In this document: positions 29,740 to 44,248 of the stretch, piece after piece
Numbering within the stretch: position 1 is the stretch's first letter
Layout of the letters: each line of letters opens with the position of its first letter
NCBI GenBank assembly: GCA_951406725.2
Contig: OX597834.1
Span: 45,260,001-45,324,000 of the forward strand
DNA length: 64,000 bases
Direction of reading: 5' to 3'
DNA from: Octopus vulgaris
Lineage: Eukaryota
Position numbers and translations under genes: made by a program
Notes under the pieces: generated by a model
The model's database searches: none
The model's input: the letters and a program-made list of their open reading frames with translations, nothing else
What the model was told of the DNA's origin: nothing

Positions 29740-30147
29740 TATCTCATCTTCTTCTTCTTCTTCTTCTTCTTATTATTATTATTATCATTGTTATTATTAT
29801 TATTGTTGTTGTGGTGGTGGTTGTGTCTTCAGTTTTCTTCTGCTTCATCTTCTTATCTTCTCATTTTCCTTTTTCTTTCTTCCTCTTTTCTTCCTTTTCT
29901 TCTTGTTCTTCTTGTTCTTATTATTATTGCCGTTTTTGTTGTTGTAGTGGTGGTGGTGGTGGTGGTGGTTCTTCTTCTTTTCTCTTCTCCTCCATCTTTG
30001 TTATCTTCTTATTTTCTGTTTTCTTTCTTCTTTTTCTTCTTCTTCTTCTTCTTCTTCATCTTGTTATTATTATTATTATTGTTATTATTATTATTATTGT
30101 TATTATTGTTATCATTATTATTATTATTATTATTGTTATTATTGTTA

Positions 30148-30205
<58 letters not shown>

Positions 30206-31544
30206 CATCATCATTATTATTATTATTATTATTATACTACTGCTATCTCCCTTTCTTTCTCTCCCCGTTCCGCCACCTTCATCCTACTAGCACTGTATAT
30301 GTTAAAATCGCCATTACTGAGGCTTCGTCGAAGGCAAGACCTAGGCATAATTACCAAATTAGAACCAAAATAGGATTGTAGCAGAGATCTGAAGAATGGA
30401 ATACGGTAGGGGGCAACTGTAATCGATTTCTGTTGATTCGGGTTTATAGTTGTTTTGTGTATTTATTCTTTGGTTTATGGTTTTGAAAATAAATAAACAA
30501 AACAGAATGAACGAAAAACCCGAAATATATAACGGTGTATAAAACGAAACGAAAGAGAACAAAACGAAAAATACTTAATTATAATTTATCATCATCATCA
30601 GCAACATCATGACTTGTTCCACCACCACCAGCATCATCACCACCACCACCACCACTACCACCATGAATCTCTACTATCCCCACCACTACAGCAACAACAG
30701 CACCACCGATGCTACTGCCGATACAGAGAAATTCTTATTCGTTTCATTAATATGTTGTCGTCATCGTCACGATCAGCCTCATCATCATCATTATCGACAC
30801 CACCACCACCACCATCTTCATCACCACTATTATCGTCATCATCATCATCATTGCTATCTTCCTCATTAATATCATCAAAACCAACACCATCCTTCTTCTC
30901 CTCTTCCCCCTTCTCCTTCTACTCTCCCCCTTCTCCTTCTTTCTCTTCCCCTTCTCCTTCTCCTCTTCCCTTTTCATTCTCCTCTTTCCCTTCACCTTCT
31001 CCTTCTCCTCTTCCCTCTTCTCCTTCTCCTCTTCTCCCTTCTCCTTCTTCTCTTTTTTATCCACCTTGTCTTTCTTCTTCTCGTCTTCACCTTTTTCTTC
31101 TCCTTCTTCTCCTCTTCCGCCTTCGCCTTTCCCCCTTCTTCTTCTTCTCCTTCTCACCTTCCTCCTTTTCCTTCTCCTCTACCACCACCACCACCACATC
31201 ACCGTCGTTATCACCAATGAACGTCGTCGTTAACGTTGCCTTCCTCGGCGTTGATTTCGTCGGCGTTGTTGTCATCATTCTTTATCGTCATCGTCGTCGT
31301 CACCCTACTCCTCCTACACCTTCCCCTCCCCTTCTTCCGCACCTTTGTCATCATGAGCATTACCATCTTTATCGTCATAACAACACTTCTTCTCTGCTCC
31401 TCCTCTATACATATCCTCACTGTCATTTTTATCATCATCATCAGCTTCATCGTTCTCTTCCTACTTTTTCTTTCTCATCTTCTTTATCATCATCATCAAT
31501 GTCGTCATCATCTTCATCCATACCACCATTATTATCAGCAATGT

Positions 31545-31590
<46 letters not shown>

Positions 31591-32220
31591 GCCAGCATCA
31601 ACACTATCATCATCATCGTCTTCTCCATCATCACCATCATCAACTTCATCATCATCATTAGCATTCTCATCATTATCACCATCGTCCCCATCATCATCGT
31701 CTTCTCCATCCTCCTCATCATCATCATCATCAGCATCATCCTAATCGTCATATTCATCCTCATCATGATCATCATCCTCATCATGACCATCATCACCACC
31801 AGCAGTTCGCCACCAACTTGTAGCACACCGCTACTATCACTTTAACCATCAGTTGCAACTACTACGAATGCCACCACCACATTGATAATTACCACTAAAT
31901 CCTTATCACCACCGCGACTGCCACCGATACCACCACTACCATCACTCCCACCGCCACCACAACCACCACCACCGCTACCACCACAAACTCCAACCCCACC
32001 ATCACTACCACCACCACCACAATCTGTGCCAGCTCCCTTGCGAATGCAGCTACCATCGCATCCATCACCTTCATATACCTCACCATGAGCACTATCATAA
32101 CATCACCATTACCACCGACACCATCACCACCATTGCCGCTAGAGCCAATACAATAACAATAATAATAATAATGCAACCATTACAAATACCACCACCACCG
32201 CCAATGACAACAACAACATG
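29740..32220. repeat. 2.5-kb compound trinucleotide domain: (TTC),(TTA),(GGT),(TCC),(ATC),(ACC)
   Basis: Directly visible. Confidence 0.95.
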
Positions 32221-32334
32221 TTTTGCACTACTGACCTGATTCCGAGCGGCTATTTTCGATTTTATGGAAGTCGCAAAGAAGAAAGCGAAGAAACACTTGG
32301 AAGACTAAAAGAGTAAGTGTTTGTGTGCGAAAGG

Positions 32335-33050
32335 GAGTGAGAGAGAGAGAGAGAGAGAGAGTAAGTGAGTAGCTGAGTGAGCGAGTGGATGCGTGATAGA
32401 TTGATGAGTGACGGAGTGGCTGAGTGAGTGAGCGAATGAGTGAACGCGTAATTGAGTAAATGAGTTAATGAGTGCCTGTCTGAGTTAGTGAGCGAGTGAG
32501 TGAGTATTTGAGTATCTGTGTGAGTGAGAGACTGAGTACTTGAGTGATACCTGAGTATCTCAGTGAGTGAGTGGTTGAGTGATGGGTGAGTGGTTGAGTG
32601 ATGAGTGAGTGCGATAGTAACTGAGTGAGTGTGTGAGAGAGTGAGTAATTGAGTGAGGGGCTGAGAGAGTGAGTGAACAAATGAGTGATTGGCTGAGTGA
32701 TGAGTGAATGGCTGAGTGAGAGAGTGCGAGGGTGAGTGACTATTTGACTGAGTGGCTGAGTCCATGAGTAGTTAGTGATGAGTGAATGAATGAGAGATTG
32801 ATGAGTAGTTGAGTGTGTGACTGAGTGAGTGAGAGAGTGGCTGAGTGAGTGAGGAAGAGGCTGTGTGAGTGATTAATTGGCTGCGTGGCTGAGTGATGAG
32901 TGCGTGAGAGAGTGATGAGTAAATGTGTGAGTGGCTGAATGAGTGTGTGAGTGACAGAGTGACTGTGTGAATGAGTTGTTGAGTGAGTGATGAGATAATG
33001 CGTGTGTGCATGAATGAGTGACTGAGTCAGTCAGAGATAGAGCCTGTCTG
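32335..33050. repeat. Degenerate (GAGT)n satellite
   Basis: About 700 bp of tgagtgag variants. Confidence 0.92.
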
Positions 33051-33597
33051 TGAATATATATCATTAATTACACAACGTGATCCGCAACTGATAAGAATGA
33101 TTAAGTAATACCATGGGAAAAGAAGAATTGAGATGATTGAGCAGATTAAAATGCAGAGACAAATAGAGTCAAATGGCGACTAAAGATTTACAAACAGCTA
33201 ATTTGAAAACAAATTGCTGAAGCTTATTTTTGTCATCAATAATGAGGTCAAATGGCTAACGATATGCGTCTGTGTGTGTGTCTGTATGTGTGTGTGTGTG
33301 TGTGCGTGTGTGTGTATTTGGATTGCGGCTTGTTGGCAGATTTTTTTCCCTTTCTGTCGCCAGTTGGTGATTATAAATGGTTGATGTCATAAATTACAAT
33401 GCGACAAGATAAATTGTATTCAACCAGATATGTTTGTGTATACACATAAATATATATATGTACATGCACACATATACACACACTCATATAGCGTATAGAT
33501 ATATGCAACCATGCATTTACGTAAGATTGACATAACTATACATCTATATATACACATGTATATGGATATACATATACACACATCTATATACACACGC

Positions 33598-33634
<37 letters not shown>

Positions 33635-33731
33635 TCACAGTGTTGGTGGTAGCGGTGTTTTTTATTGTATTAATAGTAACAGCGGCAGGGAGAGTTACAG
33701 TAGCAGCAGCAGTTGCAGTAGTAGCAGCAAC

Positions 33732-33804
<73 letters not shown>

Positions 33805-34010
33805 TTCATTTGTACAACAGGCACGAGGCCTGAGATTTTGAGGGAGGAGACAAGTCGATTACCTGGATCCCAGTGCATAGGTGGTTCTTATTTCATCAAC
33901 CCGGAAAGAATAAAATGCAAAGCCGACCTCGTCGCAATTTGAACTCAGACTGCAAAGATGGACAAAATGCTGGAAAGTTCTTTGCCCGACTTGCTAACGA
34001 TTCTGCCAGA
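33805..34010 (-). mobile_element. Meta-domain-like SINE copy
   Basis: Homologous to the reverse complement of 46994-47200. Confidence 0.8.
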
Positions 34011-34764
34011 TGCTGCTATTTCTGCTTTCCACGCCCCTCTTTCTGAATCTCACCGATGACACTACATATCATGTAGTAACACTGTCATATCGCGTTCAAG
34101 TGACAGAGTTGTCGCTGCCGCCGACACACCAGTTTCCCATTAACATTGTGTCACATGTTTTCGAATTCAAATCCCGACTTAGCAAAGCCCTTGTACTTAA
34201 GTGAGTTTTTCTCTTTCTTTTGCCCCCTCTTCTCCTTCTGTGTCTCTTTCAATATCTTATTTTGGAAAAATATCGGTTTGCTTAAGAAGAGCTTCAATGT
34301 CAACGGCTTCGCGCATTAAAAAGCCCAGGAGCTCACCGTATATTACAACGGTGCCCTTTCGATTCCTTGAAGGAGATGGTGACTGTAGGCAAGTGAAGAA
34401 ACATTGCTATCTAAGACTGCATAATCAATTTATTTCGTCTTTCAGGCGTCGTCTTGTCATATGGTTGATATTTCTAGCAAATGACCATAAAAAACGTTTC
34501 TCTTCTTTGGCTCCAAATAGAAGCAGAAGCAACTTGCAATTCATGTTAGTTCATTGTTCAACGAATCTTTATCTTTAATTCGTTGTGAAAATACATTCAA
34601 ACTCTTACGTTGGTGTTAAATGCCGTAATATTTACTTGTAAAAACAAGACAATATTCACGTGCAAATTGGGCGATATTTTTCGATGGAGACTGAAGACGT
34701 GTGACATAATTTTAAAATAATAAATTATATATATCTCTCTCTCTCCCCCTCTCTCTCTCTCTCC

Positions 34765-34797
<33 letters not shown>

Positions 34798-36846
34798 AAT
34801 AGAAAGGGCGTTTTGCTCACATGGTTTTTTCCGAGGTTACAGTTTTTCGTTTTTAGTAGGTTTTTCTTTCCACGGCTAACCCAAGTTAGTTTTATATTTT
34901 CTCCCCCTTTGCAGAATTTCTGTTGTTAAAACGTTGCCTTTTTTTTTATCTCTGTGTACACGTTCCTATTGGGCGGTTTAGAAAAGCAAAATTCTACACT
35001 GCATTGTCCCGTCTGTGTTCGGTCCTGCGTGGCTTAATAAAAAATCTGTATATTAGCCGAGTAAATTACGGGATTTTCTTTCTTCTGCTGCATGTAAACG
35101 AGCGCATTACTTCATTGGTTCCAGCACTCTATTTTAAGGAATATCTCAGACTCTATTCAAAGCATTTTCGTTTTTCTTCATATATTTACTTTGAGCTATA
35201 TGTAATATTCAACCCCTTTCACTGTCATAACTACAAGACCTAAGCCTCTGTAACCGGCAGAGCTGATACACTGTTCAATAATCATCGTTGACAGATAGGA
35301 GATGAATCGTGTACAAATCACGTGAAATCTAGATTGATCGCGATAATAGTAAAGTTGATATTGGGTCTCTGTGGAGATAATCAAATTTTATTGATCAATA
35401 TGTCATCAATGACCGAGATCCTGACATTCAGAGATCAATAAATGACAAGATTGTCAGTTCATACTACATGTTATAGACATCAGTTATCGTATATAATAAA
35501 TGTTTTAGCAAAAATCTATGTTTGGTTTTTCTAGCAACCACCGCTACGTGTGTATATATGGACATATGAATGTATATAGTTATGTCTGTGAGAGTATGTT
35601 GGCTTTATTATCATTGTAGCCCAGTTGGAGTGTATGAGAATGCATCTGTGTGTCTCTGTATGTTTGTGGGTGTATATAGGTTAATCTATTTATACGTATA
35701 CGAGCGCAGAACGTGTGTGGAAAGTGAGTGGAGTATATGTACTTTACATATGATGAAGGTACGGGTTTGAGCAGATTCTCTTAATAATGCAGACTATATA
35801 AGAAGAACGTTGTGTTTTGATTGAGTAGACGTGTGATCAAAGGTGATCCACCCATGAGCTTCCCATCAAAAGTATTCCGCCAGAGTTCAACCAGGGTCTT
35901 ACATTATCTTATGAGGGTTTCCTTTCAAAGAAACAAAAAGAGTTGATAGTCTGTACTTTCAAAAAGATTTGGCTACAGTTTCGAAAACAGCAAGTGACCG
36001 ACTTAGTAGATGGGTCCTGGCTGGCTCGAATCAAGCTAGTTAAATCTCACGAAGGCCTTTGTTAGATCTGTCTACATCTATTGTTTCATATATTTGAGCA
36101 TATGTGTCCAAATTGGTGTTCCTGATGTTTAATCCCGTTCCAACTCTAAGTTTGAATGAAATTATGATAAAAAGCTAACCTGCATCCAGGATATATATGC
36201 ATTCTATTTGTTAAAATTCCATATATTTATTTCTGCAGCTGAAGATAGCACTGCATTTAAATTGATGCAATGACTACACTGTTCAATTAAATGGATCGCT
36301 TGAAACGGTCGTTCTGCATTACTACTTCATATCCTGTTGCTTATTTTGATTATACATGTGTGTCTGTGTATGTGTGTGTGTGTGTGTGTGTGTACGCTTG
36401 TATCGAAATACATGATTTATTTTTTGGCCTTAAAACCTTTCTGTAAAAGAAGTCATTGGTTTCCCTCACTGGAATTTCGATAATGGCAAAAATATGGATA
36501 AGAATCAAATTTCAGTTATATCTTTTATATTATCTATGTTTAGTATTCTATCTATCAACCTCTCTCTGTCTCTCTGTCTCTCTACCCATGTATCTGTCTA
36601 TCTATACATTCACTTATCTTACTGTCTGTGTATCTATCTTGTTATCAGTCTATTTATATAATTTATATACACACGTAGATATACAGACATACAGACAGCC
36701 ACCATACACCCCACATGTATATATATATATATATATATATACATTTACAATCATGCGCGTATTTTTATTTGTTAGTGTATGGGCGTTTAAATATTCGATT
36801 TTCTAGCTGAGTGATAGAAAGAAGAAGAGAGAGAGAGAGTGAGAGC

Positions 36847-36881
<35 letters not shown>

Positions 36882-37471
36882 TGAGAGCGAGAAAGACAGA
36901 GTGCGAGAGAGCGGAGAGTGAGTGAGTGATAGATGCAAAAGCGTTAAATTATAGGAACGTTATGCAATGGAGCTGAATATAAAATAAACACGAACGGGAA
37001 TAAAAGCAAGTTTAACCGAAAGAGTAAATATAACAGTGAGCGATTCACAGAATGCTGTGGAGTTAACGTAGCAATGGCGAAATTGTGGTTCACCATGAAA
37101 AGTTTCATTGAGTTTATACGTAAACACAAAACTGTAAACATTAAACCAAACAGAATTGAGTCGCTCACTGGATGAAATTGCAACAAACCACTACATGTGT
37201 ACTTTAAGCTGTAAACGATGGAAACTGAGAATTTTACGAGCGCTTCCTTTGTCATGCTCCAATACCCCCGTATAACACCACGACGAGGGGTGGAACGAAT
37301 CGGGAGCCATGCTGAAGAATAAATAATGTTAAAATACCTGCATTTTGATGTGTAACATTAACACAAGCTGATGTGACCTTAGCTACATTTAAAGCTATGT
37401 CTGTCTTTCTTACACACACAGGAATTGTTGCATAAACGCTCCCAACACACACCCATAGCTCTAAATACGTA

Positions 37472-37530
<59 letters not shown>

Positions 37531-39170
37531 GTGAGTGTACGTGTGGTGGTGGGGGAACATATCAGTCTTAATAGAAGTAGCGCAAATGTGAACGAGCGTG
37601 GCACAAAACTGCAGCTGCTTCTACATAGATTCTGTAGTAAATGAAAGCATTCCCATATTTTTCGTCCCCCCTATGTAATTGTGACAGCAAGTATGACCCC
37701 AAATACCTAATATCAAAACGAAAATACATTTTTCTAAAGCATTACTTTTTGCGTTTAAAACCATTTCCCACTTGAAATTTAAGGAATTTAATTCTATTCT
37801 AAAGTTGTACTGAAAATTGGAAAACGACGCCGTAGGGAAAACGACTTCTTAGGAAGGAATCTCAACTTGAATCACCAACGTGAATATCCATCGCTCGAGT
37901 TACTGATTTTAATTGAAGTAGAATGTCCACTCTAATATATTCCACAATTATTGTTTCAGTACCTAGAACTTACGATTACCTTACGAGGAACTACCAACTT
38001 CAAGGAAAACTGTTCGGTAAGCGGTGAGGTGATATGTATTCCAATGTCGCGCCCTCGTCGCGTTTTGACGCACGTCCGTTGGAGAAGTTGTATTCGAAAA
38101 TGATTTGAAGCCAACGCCGAATATTTTATCGAATATTATACGGGAATGCTTTCTTAAGCAAATTAACCATTTTTACAAATATTTTTTGAAGCGATACTGC
38201 TGTAGTTAATCTGAACACCTCAATCAATAGCCTTGTTTGCATCTAGCTTGTAACTGAGAAGTTGTATGATTTGGAGGGACGCAATGTGAAATTATCCAGG
38301 AATTGCAGTTTGATGGAGATTGTCAGCTTATTAGAACGAACCTGTTTTGGCAACATTGTTTCTAGAACTGGTTTTATTCATTTATTTATATATTCATTTC
38401 TTTGTTCGCGAAATTGTGAGGATGATTTTTGAATTGGATTTACTCTTCAATGAAGAAATTTTGGGGCACGAAGAATAGGTATTTTTCTTTCCCCATGAAC
38501 ATCGAAATGAGAGAGTTTGTATTGAAGAAAAAAAGCTGTGTCTAATAACTGGATTGTGTGAAGGTGTTAGATTGAATACTCTGCACGTTTACTAGTTCTC
38601 AAACCAATTAACATTTAGTTTAATGGAGTAACCTAAGGGATAGAGTGTGTGGTGGACACAAACGTGGCGACAAGTGATGAAATTAAAGATGGTGTTGTTG
38701 GATAATACGCCCAAATACCAAGTGAAAACATTTGTAATGCTTACATAACTAGTGGCTTCCTTTTCACAGCAGATATAATTTTGCAGTTGGAGATAGAGTT
38801 ACTACGTCGTCTGGCTTAAGAAGCCCACCTGGTTCCCTGGTTAGCTTCAACAGGCTCTACACTGGTTGCGCATAATTAGGTCAGGTATCCGTAATGAAGT
38901 GAACATCATCCCATCTTCCCATCAATCTAACAAGTCTCCTAGTTAGATTTACCCTCTTGGTTAAAGCAAAGACAAAAAGCATTTTGGACAGGATAACCAT
39001 CACTTGCAAAACTAAAACCAAAAATACTGCTGCTTTGTCAGTGGAATTAGGGTCAGTTGATTGCTTTCTAAGGACATTGCATCAATCAACATTCAAACAT
39101 TGTATACATTAAAAAAAAAGGATGTCATGTACATTATCTACCAATCTGTCAATCGATATACATGTGTAGA

Positions 39171-39229
<59 letters not shown>

Positions 39230-40019
39230 ATGAATGTGTGTGCGTGTATCTGTGTTTCTCTGTATGCATTTATGTATGTATGCATGTATATATGTACATA
39301 TATGTGTGTATACACAGACAAAGAAAGAGATAGAGTGGGATACGCAGCTAGACAGATAGATAGTTACACATATACATACACACGTAACCACACATACACA
39401 TGCACACACACACACACACACACGCATGTATATATATACAGGCGTATATACATACATAGGTACATACGTAATCATGCATATTCTCATACAGATTATTCGC
39501 TTCGATCCTCACGCTATATCCAACATATTCACACATGACAACTCCAAAACGCACACACACCTACACAGTGTGTCATACACAATTACATACTAACGGACAC
39601 ACACACACACACACACACATACACACATCCTGCCCTACAACGACAGCTACACACAGTTGAGCACGCTTATATACGTCTACGCAAAAAGAAAAAAAATCAT
39701 AAAATAAGCGAAACCCTCGTGCAATTGAACAAACGAACTCCAATGTCGATGGAGTCTGTTTTCATGTTCTAGCGAGTGTGGCTTTTAAGAATTTAATAAA
39801 TATATTTGTTGAACCATCACATTGCTTCTATTAAATTTAATCCAAATTCAATATTGACAACAGCAGTGGGAACAGGAATGGCAGCGACAGGAAGCCGGAG
39901 TAAGATGTCAGGTGAAACGTTAAACAGAAAATAAAATGATTATCGTCATACACTTGTAAATATAATTATACATACATCTATACATACATACATACATGCA
40001 TATATACATACATATACAT

Positions 40020-40025
40020 ATATGC

Positions 40026-40056
<31 letters not shown>

Positions 40057-40073
40057 TATGCATATGTATATGC

Positions 40074-40107
<34 letters not shown>

Positions 40108-40121
40108 GCATATGTATATGC

Positions 40122-40160
<39 letters not shown>

Positions 40161-40176
40161 TATGTATATGCATATA

Positions 40177-40211
<35 letters not shown>

Positions 40212-40222
40212 TATGTATATGC

Positions 40223-40273
<51 letters not shown>

Positions 40274-40274
40274 G

Positions 40275-40320
<46 letters not shown>

Positions 40321-40331
40321 TATGTATATGC

Positions 40332-40370
<39 letters not shown>

Positions 40371-40374
40371 TATG

Positions 40375-40462
<88 letters not shown>

Positions 40463-40490
40463 ATCTATATATATATATATATGCATATAT
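40020..40490. repeat. (TA)n-based minisatellite with recurring gcatatgtatatgc unit
   Basis: The unit recurs about 6 times, separated by (TA)n. Confidence 0.9.
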
Positions 40491-41831
40491 GTTAGTCCCT
40501 GTGTGTGTTCACGTGTGCATATTGATATGTTCGTAAGAATGTACGCTCAATAAAATTGGAAGTGTAGAACATGTGGCGATGCCAGCAGTTGTAAAGCGTT
40601 ACTGTTGACTTAATTTATTAAAAACAATTAACAAGTATGAATCGAACACATAATCGATCGACAGAGAGCCCCGACCATCCAACCAACTCCAAATACACGA
40701 AAACACACACACACACATATATATATACTATCGCACGTATACACACAACCAACCATCATATAATAAAAAAAACATTTAAATAAAAGCGCAATACTTTGTG
40801 TAAACTGGAGCACAAAGTAGTTAGTCTTGATAGGAAATTAATAAGAAAACGTGATCGATAATATTTGAAAGAATTTTGAAGTAGCGACAGTTGAAATATA
40901 GAAACATTCGATATGAAGTCGTGTAAGTGATCAATGCCATCTTCTTGAAACATCAAATGATCGGTTTTTCGTAAACAGGAATTGATTAATTAATGCAAAT
41001 CCATGTTTTCTTGAAATATCAACAGATACTAATCGCAATACAGAGACTGAAGCAGAAATACTTCTCATATTTTACACGGCAATTGTTTTGGCGCTAATGA
41101 AATAAACTGAATAGGCTTGGTATCGTCACAAAGAGAATTTGCTGCCGTTTATGGAGAATTTAAATTTGTTTATGCCTTCAAAATTGTTAATTGCTTTCTT
41201 TTATAATATTCTTCACCTAACAGGGAACCTAGGATATTTCATATATGTATATTTGTATATCTATTTCTGCATCTTATTATTATTTTTTTCCTTTCTATAT
41301 ACCTATTAACCTATCACGGTCGCAGATTCACCTCAAAGAGTGGCACATTGAGCCAGTTTTTCTGCTATACCTCCGGATTTCGTAGACAGAAAGTACAGGC
41401 GGCTCATCGTATATATACATACATTAATACATATATATATACATTTGTGTGTGATTATGATGTTTCGAATGAAAGTAGGTTGATCTTACACAAGGATGTA
41501 TTTTATCCAGGCGCACACCGGTTTAGCTCCATATCGATTAATATGCATGGGATCCATTAATTTGTGTTTGTATTAGTGATAACGCTTATAAGCTTCCAGT
41601 AGTCATTTTAGATATTTTTATCCATTCGATACAGAACAAAATTTTAATAATATCATATATAACGAAAATGGATAGTTTGAACAGAGAAAACAAATCTATT
41701 TATAACATGGTTAATTTCATATCGACTAGATACGTGGTGTCAGTTTCTTACCTATATTCCTATTTTGAAATAAAGATTGCATTGTGTTCAAACTCTCCAT
41801 TATCATTATATATATATATATATATATATCC

Positions 41832-42058
41832 TCCATTTTTACCACTTCCGTCTTTTAGTATGTGACCTCGTGAATACCACCGGCAATTTTTTTTCCCCTG
41901 TCCTCCCGTCTCGGGATCTTTCCTTCTCCCATGTTTCAACGAAGAGCTCCGCTCGAAGCGTCAGACCCTCCTTCTTCCCTTCTTTCCTGAGCGTCCAATA
42001 ATTCTTTATTTGTTCCATATCCTTGCGTTGTTGTGTTTTTGTTTTCTTGTTTGGATTA

Positions 42059-42062
<4 letters not shown>
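41832..42062 (+). mobile_element. Probable PLE pLTR fragment with degenerate hammerhead
   Basis: caacgaa-gagc-tcc-gctc-gaagcgtc at 41937-41962; (TA)n on both sides; a similar gagc..gctc-gaaacgt motif at 2620-2640. Confidence 0.55.
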
Positions 42063-42117
<55 letters not shown>

Positions 42118-42252
42118 TATATAATGTACATTTAAACACAAGAGAAACTACCTATAACAGGTAATTTTACCCGCTAGAAGAAGCAGCCAAAACGACCAAA
42201 ACTACATTTAAGACCAATTTTCGAAGGGAATGAAACATAAAATCTTTTACCT

Positions 42253-42343
42253 TGTTATATTTTACGGTTATACCTAGGTTTCGAATATTTTTAGCAAATA
42301 AAATAATTTGCCTGACGAAATTCTCATCAGTAAGTGCGCCATA

Positions 42344-42346
<3 letters not shown>
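42253..42346 (-). ncRNA. Type I hammerhead ribozyme with canonical core
   Basis: tgttat..tta-CTGATGA-gaat..gcaaat..atttgc..attc-GAAAC-ctag-GTA-taa..ataaca; all conserved core nucleotides present, G10.1:C11.1 pair, palindromic stem III loop. Confidence 0.85.
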
Positions 42347-42416
<70 letters not shown>

Positions 42417-42551
42417 CGTGTTGGGTGCGTTCCTAGTATTACAACAATGAAACATTTATATTGTGTAATTATTTTGGATTCCCCCCGTGTACGTTGAGTA
42501 TAATACAAATGATGGAGACGGAAGAAATGGAATATGCATGAAACTTTATTG

Positions 42552-42657
42552 CTCACAGCAATCGTTTCGACATATCTTGCTTAGACTACGTGCCGCTGGG
42601 GAGCTAAACAACTAGTCGTGGCGCATCACTCGGTGCCGAAGGTTTTCATCAGGTGAA
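42552..42657 (-). ncRNA. Degenerate type I hammerhead with long stem II insert
   Basis: ttcac-CTGATGA-(~75 nt)-GAAAC-gatt-GCT-gtgag then aataaa; stem I tcac/gtga intact, cleavage triplet mutated. Confidence 0.6.
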
Positions 42658-42839
42658 ATCATTAGTATCATTGTTGTCATTCGGGCGACGGCTAGTGACA
42701 TTAGCGTTCATGGCGAACTTCGATCTCTGAGTTTCTTTCATTGCCTCCATTTGCAGGATGCACCAGAAGTATTTGTATAGATTTTCACGAGCGAGGGATC
42801 GATACATGTTGTGTCCAAATGATCGTTGTGAGCGATAGT

Positions 42840-43050
42840 TTTGGTTTCTAGATTTGGCACAAAGCCAGCGAGTTCGGGGGAAGGAATAAGTTGATTATAC
42901 CGACACCAGTTCTCAGCTGGTGCTAATTTTATCAACCCCCAAAAGGATAAAAGGCGAACTCGATCTCGGTGGAATTTGAACTTAAAACGGAAGACGGACG
43001 CTAATTATTCTGGCCGGCGTGCTAACGATTCTGCCAGCTTACCGCTTTCG
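42840..43050 (-). mobile_element. Meta-domain-like SINE copy
   Basis: Homologous to the reverse complement of 46994-47200. Confidence 0.82.
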
Positions 43051-43065
43051 ATAATAATAATAATG

Positions 43066-43100
<35 letters not shown>

Positions 43101-43272
43101 AATGATAATAGTATGGTACTTGGATGTTGAATATCTTCCACCATAATTAAACACTAGTATCAAAGTTTATTATGTGCGGAAACAGACTCTTTGAGAGTAA
43201 GCTGTTATCCTCTCTCACAGAATCTACCAGAACAATCAAGAGAATTAACAATAACAACAACAATAATAATAA

Positions 43273-43555
43273 TGAATACCCCGATGCAGTAACAGGCAGT
43301 GGCTCTCATGACTTCTGATCTTAACTGCTATCATGTACAATGATTTGTGTTGGTACAAATTATGGTCTACAATAAATATTCTGCTCAATACCACAGATTT
43401 GCTTGTCAGTTGTTTGACCATAACCAGTTGAGCATTTCCCTTAGTGGTTGCCGATACATGAATCTCTAATCAGGAGCAGAAGTAGTGGGGGAGCATCGTA
43501 GGCATGTGTTGAGAGGGATTCATTGGACTTTGGATAAGTCACCTTTGGAAACATG
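43273..43555. mobile_element. Possible (AAT)n-associated interspersed repeat (LINE UTR-like)
   Basis: Starts directly after (AAT)n; resembles an abundant octopus repeat from memory only, with no second copy in the window. Confidence 0.3.
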
Positions 43556-43811
43556 TAAGTAACGTGTAATCTTCACATGGTTCTCAAGAAGGTACAACTT
43601 CAAGTTCTGTTCATATTTGCCGGTGGAGTGTAGTAGACCCCAAGTGATATAAAGGGTCTTACAGAAGGGCACAACACGCTGCTGCCAGAAATCGAACTCA
43701 TGACTTTAATATCGTGTGCCAAAACGCTAACCACAAGGCCACGCGCCTTCAGCACCACCACCACCAAAACCACCACACCGCCACCACATACACCACCACC
43801 AGCACCACCAG

Positions 43812-43849
<38 letters not shown>

Positions 43850-44195
43850 TCACTGCCGGTACTGAAACTACCACAGTTCCAGTCGACAGAAGCATTTAAG
43901 CAACACCACAAATACTAGAACCGTAACCAACACAGCAACGTCAACCCCCATCAGTTTGTTCAGTGGTTCATACATTCGAGCTATTTGTTTAGTCATAAAA
44001 TACTAACATTTAAATGAAATACATAGCAATCGCAGTGTTTACAAAACCAATTTAGTTGTGTGTTGTTTGCTTGTTGCTGATATGCCTCTGTATTTTAATA
44101 TTGACTTGTTGTGTATAGTTTTCCATTTTTATAAATTTCCAATTTATATTGGATTTTTGTTGTTAATTTTGTTGTAATTATCGATGTTTTTATTA

Positions 44196-44248
<53 letters not shown>

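Noticed and set aside
30614-31546. Longest ORF (310 aa, His/Ser/Pro-rich)
   Set aside because: Lies entirely within the trinucleotide domain, with several frames open at once.
33060-33420. TAAT/TTTAT-rich island resembling a homeodomain enhancer (also an octamer atgcaaat near 3487)
   Set aside because: Short motifs are expected by chance in AT-rich DNA; conservation data would be needed.
34780-35240. Possible Helitron-like 5' start after tctatatatataaat
   Set aside because: No 3' hairpin plus CTRR end could be identified.
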